Source: Thermococcus kodakarensis KOD1
GTDB lineage: Archaea; Methanobacteriota_B; Thermococci; Thermococcales; Thermococcaceae
NCBI RefSeq assembly: GCF_000009965.1
Contig: NC_006624.1
Location: forward strand, 1,590,001-1,622,000
Direction: 5' to 3'
Length of the DNA: 32,000 nt
In this document: one piece after another, positions 1-7,225 of the stretch
How the letters are laid out: the number at the start of each line of letters is the position of its first letter
Position numbering within the stretch: the first letter of the stretch is position 1
Translations under genes and position numbers: made by a program
The notes under the pieces: generated by a model
Databases searched by the model: none
Seen by the model: the letters and a program-made list of their open reading frames with translations, nothing else
Told to the model about the DNA's origin: nothing

Positions 1-1
1 G

Positions 2-1054
2 AACAATAACAACGTCTTCTTCTCGCCCTTCAGCATCGAGACGGCCCTTGCCATGGCATATGAGGGAGCAAGAGGAAAGACCGCAGAAGAAATGAAGAGG
101 GTCCTACATCTTCCTGAAGACGATGATGCGAGGTGGACAGGTTTTAGGTATCTTCTACTTTCCCTGAAAAGTCCCGAAGGCTCGCCTTTCATCCTCAGGA
201 GCGTCAATGCACTCTGGGTTCAGAGGGGATATTCCCTACGGGAGGAGTATCTGGGAATTGTGAAGGAGTTCTACCTCGGGGAGGCAAAGGAAGTAGACTT
301 TCAGGGCAATCCCGCGGAAGCGGCGAGGGAAATAAATGAGTGGGTTGAGGAACAGACGAACGGCAGGATAAAGGACATCGTATCGGGCTTAAGTCCCCTG
401 ACAAGGCTCGTGATAACGAACGCGGTTTACTTTAAGGCAAACTGGTCGAGCAGATTCAGGGCAAGCGACACGAGAAACGAAACCTTCCACGCTCCCAACG
501 GGACAGTTATCGTCCCTATGATGCACCAGACTGGAGAATTCCCTTATTTTGAAAACGACGATCTTCAGGCCCTCGAACTTCCCTACGAGGGTGAAAGGCT
601 GGGCATGCTGATAATCCTGCCCAAAGAAGGGAAGTTCGAAAAGGTGGAAGGCAACCTGAGCGCTGGCTCCATAGAGAACATCCTGAAAAACATGCGCGAG
701 GAAAAGGTGAAAGTTGCCCTCCCGAAGTTCAGGTTCGAGGCTTCGTACAAGCTCAGGGACGTTCTCATGGACATGGGAATGAAAAGAGCATTTCTGGTGC
801 CGGATTTCTCTGGAATCTCCAACGGGGAAAACCTAGCGATAGAGGATGTCGTCCACAAGAGCTTCATCAGCGTGGCCGAAAACGGAACCGAGGCGGCCGC
901 GGCGACGGCAGTTACGCTAACGATGAACGCCCCTATGCAGGAGAAAGAACCAAAAATCTTCAAGGCCGACCACCCGTTCATCTTCTTCATCTACGACAGA
1001 GAGACTGGAACAATACTCTTCATGGGGCGCATGATGAACCCAAAGGATGGATAG
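2..1054 (+). CDS. Serpin-family serine protease inhibitor (5' end cut by window edge)
   Basis: The frame is open from position 2 (NNNNVFFSPFSIETALAMAYEGARGKTAEEM...), so the ATG at 53 is internal. Serpin hallmarks are present: hinge and reactive-centre loop GTEAAAATAVTLTMNAPMQEKEP, then FKADHPFIFFIYD..GTILFMGR at the C-terminus. It resembles the characterised Thermococcus kodakarensis serpin from memory. Confidence 0.93.
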   Translation, partial: NNNNVFFSPFSIETALAMAYEGARGKTAEEMKRVLHLPEDDDARWTGFRYLLLSLKSPEGSPFILRSVNALWVQRGYSLREEYLGIVKEFYLGEAKEVDFQGNPAEAAREINEWVEEQTNGRIKDIVSGLSPLTRLVITNAVYFKANWSSRFRASDTRNETFHAPNGTVIVPMMHQTGEFPYFENDDLQALELPYEGERLGMLIILPKEGKFEKVEGNLSAGSIENILKNMREEKVKVALPKFRFEASYKLRDVLMDMGMKRAFLVPDFSGISNGENLAIEDVVHKSFISVAENGTEAAAATAVTLTMNAPMQEKEPKIFKADHPFIFFIYDRETGTILFMGRMMNPKDG

Positions 1055-1058
1055 TCCA

Positions 1059-2051
1059 CTACTTTCTTTTCCAAGCAAGCCACACGACGAGGACAAAGAT
1101 AACGACCAGAGACCAAAACCAGCATAAATCGGACTGATCCATAGTTTTTAAATCCCCACAGGAGAATGTATTCCCATAAAATACAACTGGGGCTGCAAGG
1201 TTTGAATAGTGGAAACGCGGGGCAACTAGAACACGCGTCAGGTTACCATCATTAACGGTAGCAGTTGAATACTCAAGCTGAACTTTACCGGTTTCAAAAG
1301 CATGAAGAGTACCGTTGTAGAAAAATACGTAGATCTGTCTTTCGAGGAGGCTGAGGAGTCCAGCCTGATCGAGGACTTCACTTTTAATGGTCGAGCGCTT
1401 CCAAGTTGTCCCCGAGTTCCTGGTGTAATATGTAACGTTGTAGAGTTGTTTGAATCGAACGGACACCGCGCCCTCCCCCGGAATACAGTCCACGCACTTA
1501 ACGTCAGCTCCAGTTATCTCTATGGTCACTGCGGGAAAGAACACCAAACTCCCGTTGAGGCGGTAGCCGGAGAGATAGTCAATCCAGCCCTCATCCCAGA
1601 GATACGGCAATATCTCAGAAAGGGATACTTTGTAGCTCTCATTTCCAAAATCGAAGCCGAGAAAGCCGTTTTCATGAAGCCCACTGACTAGTCTGCCCTT
1701 TGACTTAAAGCGTGCCAGGTTGTCTGAAACGTTCAAACTTAACCTGGGACACATAACGTACATTGGATTGTAGCACTCCGCCCCAAGAAAGTGCAGTCCG
1801 GAGGAGTTCAAATAATAGTACCAGTAAATTTCCGTGTCCGGGTGCACCAACACGTCGTTGTGAGCATCGATCTCCCCCGTTGAGATTAATATTATATTCG
1901 AGTTTGGGAGGGTTCCAATGGAAATGTGAATTCCCTCCGTTGGAAGAACTCCTTGAGTTATGACCTCAATGTCGGAGGATGCCGTAGGGGATGCAAAAAC
2001 AAGGAGAGAAATAGACAAAGCTATTAATCTGAAAAGGGGAATTTTAGACAT
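1059..2051 (-). CDS. Hypothetical exported, membrane-anchored glycoprotein
   Basis: 330-aa ORF. GGTGA lies 6 nt upstream of the ATG at 2051. It has an N-terminal signal peptide (MSKIPLFRLIALSISLLVFASPTASS), at least 7 N-x-S/T sequons, and a C-terminal TM helix followed by KRK. I recognise no family. Confidence 0.75.
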   Translation of the reverse strand: MSKIPLFRLIALSISLLVFASPTASSDIEVITQGVLPTEGIHISIGTLPNSNIILISTGEIDAHNDVLVHPDTEIYWYYYLNSSGLHFLGAECYNPMYVMCPRLSLNVSDNLARFKSKGRLVSGLHENGFLGFDFGNESYKVSLSEILPYLWDEGWIDYLSGYRLNGSLVFFPAVTIEITGADVKCVDCIPGEGAVSVRFKQLYNVTYYTRNSGTTWKRSTIKSEVLDQAGLLSLLERQIYVFFYNGTLHAFETGKVQLEYSTATVNDGNLTRVLVAPRFHYSNLAAPVVFYGNTFSCGDLKTMDQSDLCWFWSLVVIFVLVVWLAWKRK

Positions 2052-2243
2052 ACCCTTTCACCTTTTCACCCCAATTTTCTGGCAAATCCAACATCTATCC
2101 AGGATGCATTCCCTTCTCAGTCCATCCCGCTTGACTATTACGCTTATCATCAGTACGTAATTGCTTGCATAATTTAAAACTTTTCTCAATAAATACAAGT
2201 GATAAACCACAAAGGTTGAAAACTCCCAATACTAACTTCCCCC

Positions 2244-2990
2244 ATGCCCACTTGGAAGGACGGTAAGCTCGGACTGCCAGTTAAAGAGGCCCTCAAAGTC
2301 TTTCCCGAACTTGGGAAATATATCGACGAAAGTGGGAGACTCGACTTTTCAAACAGAGAAGCCAGAATACTCTACAACAGGGCAATTGCGAGGGCAATCT
2401 TCGGGCTGGATGTAGAGTATCATCCCAAAGGCCTCGTGACAACTCCAATCTCGCGCTACCTCTTCTTGAAGACTTTTCTTAGGGGAGGCGAAAAAGTCCT
2501 CGAAATAGGAACAGGACACACGGCTATGATGGCCCTCATGGCGGAAAGGCTTTTCAACTGCGACGTTACCGCGACTGAGCTTGACGAGGAATTCTTTGAA
2601 TACGCAAAGAGAAACATAGAGAAGAACGGGGCAAATGTGAAGCCCATCAAGAGCAACGGCGGAATCATCAGAGGTGTCGTTCCCAAGGGAGAGAGGTTCG
2701 ACGTCATCTTCTCTGCGCCACCCTACTATGAGGCCCCCACGAGAGGAGTATTAACGGAAAAAGAGGGTGTCGGTGGAGGAAGATACGGCGAGGCGTTTTC
2801 CGTAAGGCTCATCGAGGAGGCACTTGAATATCTCAACCCAGGGGGCAAAGTTGCCCTGTTCCTTCCAGACAAGGAGCCGCTGATAGAGGCTATCGCGGAA
2901 AAGGGAAAAGAGCTCGGCTACTCCGTTAGGGACGTTAAGTTCAAGGTCGGAACGAGATGGAGGCACAGCCTCCTGCTACATAAGTCCTAA
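2244..2990 (+). CDS. RlmF/METTL16-like SAM-dependent RNA (N6-adenine-type) methyltransferase
   Basis: The N-terminal block LDFSNREARILYNRAIARAIFGLDVEYHPKGLVTTPISRYLFL resembles the RlmF/DUF890 signature. It carries the SAM motif I VLEIGTGHTAMMAL, an acidic loop TATELD, and SAPPYY in the position of the NPPF/Y catalytic motif. Confidence 0.8.
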   Translation: MPTWKDGKLGLPVKEALKVFPELGKYIDESGRLDFSNREARILYNRAIARAIFGLDVEYHPKGLVTTPISRYLFLKTFLRGGEKVLEIGTGHTAMMALMAERLFNCDVTATELDEEFFEYAKRNIEKNGANVKPIKSNGGIIRGVVPKGERFDVIFSAPPYYEAPTRGVLTEKEGVGGGRYGEAFSVRLIEEALEYLNPGGKVALFLPDKEPLIEAIAEKGKELGYSVRDVKFKVGTRWRHSLLLHKS

Positions 2991-3003
2991 GAAAGCCCAT
3001 CAT

Positions 3004-3055
3004 TTGGTCATTTGAATGACCAATATAGACGAATTTTGGTCAGCTAAATGACTAT
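3004..3055. repeat. Two tandem inverted repeats, TTGGTCA-N6-TGACCAA and TTGGTCA-N6-TGACTAT
   Basis: The first repeat (3004..3023) is a perfect 7+7 palindrome, or 9+9 around a 2-nt centre. The second (3036..3055) has the same left arm and spacing with one mismatch in the right arm. Their centres are 32 bp apart. They lie in the 3'-3' intergenic region. Confidence 0.6.
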
Positions 3056-3066
3056 AATAAAGGGAA

Positions 3067-3136
3067 GGGACTCAGACCGTGGGCGTCTCAGCACTCACGC
3101 CGGTCTCAGAGGAGGTGCTTTCTCCTCATCGTCCCC
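3067..3136 (-). ncRNA. Candidate structured small RNA with C/D-box-like kink-turn (atypical C/D sRNA or other K-turn RNA)
   Basis: Minus-strand read: GGGGAC-G-AUGAGGA-GAAAGCACCUCCU-CUGA-GACCGGCGUGA-GUGCUGA-GACGCCCACGGU-CUGA-GUCCC. A terminal stem GGGAC/GUCCC flanks a C-like box and a D box, with 13- and 12-nt spacers. There are two perfect internal hairpins. A T-rich tract (CCCUUUAUUAU) follows on the minus strand. Strand and class remain uncertain. Confidence 0.5.
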
Positions 3137-3156
3137 AAAGCCATACATAGAGCCCC

Positions 3157-4347
3157 TCACTTCATGTCCTCAACGTAGAGGAAGAGAGCCTTTAAGTATT
3201 CGGTGTCCTTTGAAGCCATCAATATTGGGTGGTCTGGGGCCTGCGTCCTGTACGGTTCGAGCATCTTAAGGAACTTGCCTGCCTTTGCCGCAGCCGCTAT
3301 GACCATGTCCTTGAAGGTCTGCAGGTCAACGTGCTGGGAGCAGGAGGCGGTAACCAGTATTCCGCCCTCCTTGACCAGCTGAAGTCCTGCATAGTTAACG
3401 TTGAAGTAGGCCCTGAGTCCGCGCTTTAGGTCTTTCTCGTGCTGGACGAAGGCAGGAGGATCGAGGATAACGATGTCGAACTTCTCACCCCTCTTTATCA
3501 TCTCCTCCATGACAGGGAAGGCCGAGCCTACGATATACTTCATCTTATCCTCGACGCCGTTCAGCTTCGCGTTCTCCTTCACCATGTTGATAGCCCACGG
3601 TGATTTGTCAACTGCCACAACTTCATCAGCTCCCGCAACCGCTGCGTGGATGGCAAAGCCGCCCGTGTACGTGAAAACGTCTAAAACCCTCATGCCAGGC
3701 TTGACGTACTTCTCAAGGGCTATCCTGTTCTCCCTCTGGTCGAGGAAGAAACCCGTTTTCTGGCCGCGCATGTCGACTATGAACTTCGCCCTGCCCTCCT
3801 CTATTACCGTCCTGTACTTCTCCTTTCCGAGGAGGACGCGCTCTATTTCGGGGAGGCCCTCCCTTCTCCTGCTCCTGCCGGTGTTCTTCTCAAAGACGGT
3901 CTCGATTTCGGGCTCGGCCTCCATTATGGCCTCGGCAAGGTCGAGCTTAAACCTCTCCATTCCGACGCTTGAAATCTGGATCGAGGCTATTTCGTTGAAG
4001 CGGTCAACTATAAGACCAGGAAGGTAATCAGCCTCACCGTAGACCATGCGGTAGGCTTTGTCGTAGCCGAGGACATTCTTCCTGTACTCGTTGGCCTTCC
4101 TTATCCTCTCGCGGAACAGCTCCTTGTTTATCTCGGTGTCCTTATCCTTTGTGACGAGCCTGACCATAATGTTTGAGTTCGGGTTGGCAAAACCTTTCCC
4201 GAGGAACTTGCCGCCCCTCGTGTAAACCTCAACGATATCTCCAGGGTTTATCTCGCCCTCGGTTCTCACGACACCCTTCTTGAAGACTATCATCGCACCC
4301 TTTCCTATTGCCCTCGCTGCTTGAGCATCAACTATAACTCTCGCCAT
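3157..4347 (-). CDS. PUA-domain class I SAM-dependent rRNA (m5C, RlmI-like) methyltransferase
   Basis: The N-terminus MARVIVDAQAARAIGKGAMIVFKKGVV..GDIVEVY is PUA-like, followed by a Rossmann methyltransferase core (VLDVFTYTGGFAIHAA, DKS, ILDPPAF). It resembles Pyrococcus PH1915-type proteins from memory. I chose the ATG at 4347, preceded by GGTGGTGGTGA; the ORF-track start at 4359 is an upstream GTG. Confidence 0.9.
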   Translation of the reverse strand: MARVIVDAQAARAIGKGAMIVFKKGVVRTEGEINPGDIVEVYTRGGKFLGKGFANPNSNIMVRLVTKDKDTEINKELFRERIRKANEYRKNVLGYDKAYRMVYGEADYLPGLIVDRFNEIASIQISSVGMERFKLDLAEAIMEAEPEIETVFEKNTGRSRRREGLPEIERVLLGKEKYRTVIEEGRAKFIVDMRGQKTGFFLDQRENRIALEKYVKPGMRVLDVFTYTGGFAIHAAVAGADEVVAVDKSPWAINMVKENAKLNGVEDKMKYIVGSAFPVMEEMIKRGEKFDIVILDPPAFVQHEKDLKRGLRAYFNVNYAGLQLVKEGGILVTASCSQHVDLQTFKDMVIAAAAKAGKFLKMLEPYRTQAPDHPILMASKDTEYLKALFLYVEDMK

Positions 4348-4491
4348 TCTCACCACCACCTGCGTTAAAAGGCAAGGGCTTTAAAAACTGTTGCTTTTCA
4401 TTGCTGGATTTCTAAGCCCTTCAAAACCTTCCAACACGGCCGAGCGATAGGTATTTAACCATTGCCACCCTATAATCTCAAGGGTGATTCT

Positions 4492-4800
4492 ATGCACTTC
4501 GAGGTAGTCAAGGAGTTTCTGGAGGACATCGGAGCCGACTGGATTGAGATTGAGGGGGAGATACACCTCGACCCCGAGGTCTTCTATGAGGTCTGGAAGT
4601 ACGTCGGCCAGCCCGAGCTTAAGACGTACGTTATTGAAGACGAGGTCGTCGAGCCAGGTTCTTACGACCCTCCCGAGATGAAGTATACAGACGTTAAGAA
4701 GGTCAAGATTAAGAAAGTCTATTTCGAGACCCTTGACGGCAAGAAGATAGTTACCGACTACTCCGAATTCCAGAAACTCGTGAAGGAGAAGTCAGCCTGA
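4492..4800 (+). CDS. Small acidic hypothetical protein
   Basis: The ATG at 4492 is preceded by GGGTGA with a 5-nt spacer. A TATA-like GTATTTAA lies about 35 nt upstream. The sequence has protein-like composition (MHFEVVKEFLEDIGADWIEIEG...). I recognise no family. Confidence 0.7.
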   Translation: MHFEVVKEFLEDIGADWIEIEGEIHLDPEVFYEVWKYVGQPELKTYVIEDEVVEPGSYDPPEMKYTDVKKVKIKKVYFETLDGKKIVTDYSEFQKLVKEKSA

Positions 4801-4820
4801 TTATCCTTTCACTTCTCTAC

Positions 4821-4832
4821 TCTTTTTTCTTT
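4821..4832. terminator. Oligo-T tract between convergent genes
   Basis: The sequence tcttttttcttt lies 21 nt after the stop of the + strand gene, which is consistent with archaeal oligo-T termination. The convergent minus-strand gene ends at 4837. Confidence 0.4.
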
Positions 4833-4836
4833 GAAT

Positions 4837-5961
4837 CTAACCCAAGAGCACTGGCACCATCAGAGCCCCCATGCAGTTGGTCCGCTTAACACCGAGCAGA
4901 ACCGCCAGAATGCCAACGATGGAGGAGGCAGCGAGGGCTAGGATTCCCGAGGCTCCGTCAAAATACGCGGAGAGAATTATAAGAAACACAAGAACACCAA
5001 GGTTGAGGGCTCTGTACGGAATTTTAAAAACAATCGATGCCAGAATTTTTGAGATAACTTCACCGTAGAGCATTACCAAAATCCCAACGAAGAGTGAAGC
5101 GAGGATAAAGGTGTAAAGGGTCGAAAGACCCATTGGGGACATCCTCATCACGATACCGTTTCTGGCCCTCCCGGTTTCGAGAAAGTTAACCAGAGAAAAG
5201 AGGAAGTTTGCCGTGTTTGTGGAGTAGACAACCGCCAGAAAAGAGCGCTCGTCCTTTGAGAAAAACGACCCTATAAGCGCCGCCTGAGATGATGTGAACG
5301 CGGGAACCAAAGAAGCGATCATACCGAGAAGCGTTCCCATAAAAGAAAATAACACGAGAGATTTAGTGTCCATCTCCAGTTCAGCACTTCCGGGCGATAC
5401 CTCGGACGTCTCGTAAAACAACGCAATGAGGATAACTGGAACTCCGAACAGACCCGTCAAAAGATGATAAAGCGGTTCGTTGAGGGAAATTCTGAGGATC
5501 ATAAGTCCGACCAGTCCAGAAAGGATTACTATGGACGCCGCCCAGAGCTTTTTTGTGCCCTTTTCCGTTAGCACCAGCAGAATCATCAGGAGCAAAACGA
5601 CCGCCTTGCCAATAGTGAAAGTGTACATGGGTGCTATCGCGAGATACAGTGGAACCAGAGGGGTGAAAAACAGCGTCCCCAGAAAGCTCGAATACAGCGC
5701 TATTCTTATGACTTCCATTCCCTTCCCAGCAAGGACGAGTCTGTGTGCAGGCAGAATGCTGAGGGCCGTTCCCTCATCCGGAATTCCAAGGAAAGTTGAG
5801 GGAAACGCGTCGAGGTATGTGTGGGTGAGTCCCATCGCAAACAGCGTGAGTGAAGGCAACAGTGCACCATTGAGCAGAACTGCTAGAGTGTTGACGTGGA
5901 TTCCCGGCGTTAAACCAGTAAAAGTTCCAAAGAGCACTCCTAGCAGGAGATCCCTGAGCAT
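4837..5961 (-). CDS. TctA/DUF112-like polytopic membrane protein
   Basis: The 374-aa protein is highly hydrophobic, with about 10 or more predicted helices. The N-terminal LLLGVLFGTFTGLTPGIHVNTLAVLL and the later GTALSILPAHRLVLAGKGMEVIRIALYSSFLG resemble TctA-family motifs. GGTGAGG lies 4 nt upstream of the ATG. The start overlaps the upstream gene by 22 nt. Confidence 0.8.
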   Translation of the reverse strand: MLRDLLLGVLFGTFTGLTPGIHVNTLAVLLNGALLPSLTLFAMGLTHTYLDAFPSTFLGIPDEGTALSILPAHRLVLAGKGMEVIRIALYSSFLGTLFFTPLVPLYLAIAPMYTFTIGKAVVLLLMILLVLTEKGTKKLWAASIVILSGLVGLMILRISLNEPLYHLLTGLFGVPVILIALFYETSEVSPGSAELEMDTKSLVLFSFMGTLLGMIASLVPAFTSSQAALIGSFFSKDERSFLAVVYSTNTANFLFSLVNFLETGRARNGIVMRMSPMGLSTLYTFILASLFVGILVMLYGEVISKILASIVFKIPYRALNLGVLVFLIILSAYFDGASGILALAASSIVGILAVLLGVKRTNCMGALMVPVLLG

Positions 5962-7097
5962 AAATCCTCACCCGACTGAATTTCAAATGCTGGCTTTTCC
6001 CGGTAAGTCGTGAAAAAGCCGTAGGCAGTTACGTTCTCTCCAGAAGCCACAGATACCCCAAGGGACTTGGGGAGCTTGAGCAGAACCCAGCAGTTTCCGT
6101 CGGTAACGTTGGCCAGCCCAAAGCCGTTGCGATACCTCTTCACCCAGGTAACGGTTCCAGAAATCTTGGCGAAGTTCCCCGGCGAGTACTCACAGAGCTC
6201 ATTTGGCAGCTTTTCTCTGGGATGAACAACCGAGCAGTTCAGACACAGGAGAGAAGACTTTCTCCTCAAAGCCCTGATGTGAACAACATCCCCCACTCTA
6301 GCTTTAAACCCGTAGAGTCTCAGGTCAGTGCAGTTGAGCTTTAGAGTGCTTCCCGAATCCAAAACGAGGCACTTCGCTTCAACGATATCGCCAATGGACG
6401 AATTCCAGAGAGGTTTAAGCTTCGAATACCCTAGAAGTGCTATATCCTTGGGTTCTGAAGGATAAAGGTAGATGTAATCTCTAACTTTGACAATACCAGC
6501 TACTCGAATCCTCTGGCCAGGAGAAACTTCCACGCCCCTTAACTTCAAAACTTTGAACTCCTCACTCTCGTTCCAGATTGATATGTATCGGCCAATAGAC
6601 ATGACCACACCCTCAACCACAAATGGAAACCCGTTCTTGGGAGATGCAGAAAATCCGCGCCTATGGACTTCAAGAGGATAGAACTTACTGCCATACCCTA
6701 GACCCCTCACTAAAACCAGCTCACCCTTGGATGCGTTGATTGGAGTTGCCAGATACACCCTATCAGGTGTCAAAAGGTAAGGACTTCCTTCTGTCCAGTA
6801 CGCTCCCTCAATTGACTCCAGTGGAAAGTCGGGGAGTGAGGTTTCAAACGATGAAACGTCCATCCACAGGCCCCGGTTGGTCCTCCTTAAACGGCCGTGA
6901 ACCGTGTAAACCCTCCCAACTTCCAGGGATTTACCAACGGCAACGGTTTGACTTCCGTTGTAGAGGATGGAGAAGCTGGGCGAAGAATATACACACAACC
7001 CGGTAAACGTATCCCCGCCGGGTGGAGAGAGCCGAATAAGCGCAAGAGAAACTATTGTTAATGATATCAACAAAACAATAACTAATTTAGACTTCAT
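5940..7097 (-). CDS. Exported Cys-rich hypothetical protein with repeated OB-fold-like beta-barrel modules
   Basis: It has an N-terminal signal/anchor (MKSKLVIVLLISLTIVSLALI). Four to five modules of about 60-70 aa end in G-x-x-[VI]-x-[VI]-x-G motifs, for example NFAKISGTVTWVKRYRNGFGLANVTDGNCWVLLKLP. There are 11 cysteines. A TATA-like CTTTTTAAAC is centred about 27 nt upstream of the ATG, suggesting a leaderless or near-leaderless transcript. Confidence 0.75.
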   Translation of the reverse strand: MKSKLVIVLLISLTIVSLALIRLSPPGGDTFTGLCVYSSPSFSILYNGSQTVAVGKSLEVGRVYTVHGRLRRTNRGLWMDVSSFETSLPDFPLESIEGAYWTEGSPYLLTPDRVYLATPINASKGELVLVRGLGYGSKFYPLEVHRRGFSASPKNGFPFVVEGVVMSIGRYISIWNESEEFKVLKLRGVEVSPGQRIRVAGIVKVRDYIYLYPSEPKDIALLGYSKLKPLWNSSIGDIVEAKCLVLDSGSTLKLNCTDLRLYGFKARVGDVVHIRALRRKSSLLCLNCSVVHPREKLPNELCEYSPGNFAKISGTVTWVKRYRNGFGLANVTDGNCWVLLKLPKSLGVSVASGENVTAYGFFTTYREKPAFEIQSGEDLCSGISC

Positions 7098-7225
7098 AAC
7101 TCTTCAAAAAAGTAATCACTCGAAAGTTTAAAAAGTTTTTGAAAAAAGGGAGCACTAGCTAGAACAAAACACAGACTAACCGGCTAAAACGTTACGCGAA
7201 AGGGAAGCCGTTCACTAGAGACGGC

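Noticed and set aside
1031-1053. A perfect AUGAUGA C box near the end of the serpin gene.
   Set aside because: It encodes ...RMMNPKDG. The nearest CUGA is about 100 nt away and no C' or D' boxes are present. It is a coding coincidence.
2117-2153. C/D-box-like pair on the minus strand: CUGAUGA at 2153..2147 and CUGA at 2120..2117, in the 5' region of the 330-aa gene.
   Set aside because: The boxes are only 26 nt apart, so the element is 37 nt in total. That is too short for the C-D'-C'-D layout. There are no internal boxes and no terminal stem, so it is probably chance within a 5' UTR.
3048-3269. 73-aa ORF covering the structured RNA candidate and the 3' end of the PUA methyltransferase gene.
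   Set aside because: There are no translation signals and the product is Gly/Ser/Arg/Pro-rich. The region is better explained by RNA structure plus the antisense of a real gene.
3473-4027. Long antisense ORFs opposite well-supported genes: 3473..4027, 5480..6013, 7302..7811, 10271..10933, 11462..12076, 18631..19146, 20559..21029, 24008..24463, 29254..29817, 30256..30738, 30990..31466.
   Set aside because: Each lies entirely within, or out of frame with, a gene that has clear family motifs. Their translations are low-complexity (S/P/R/L-rich) and lack an SD or TATA context. Long shadow ORFs are expected in a genome with this codon bias.
4374-4421. 8-bp inverted repeat AAGGGCTT ... AAGCCCTT flanking the TATA region between the PUA methyltransferase gene and the small acidic protein gene.
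   Set aside because: The arms are separated by 32 nt, there is no second copy, and there is no supporting structure in the loop. It is too weak to call as an operator or RNA element.
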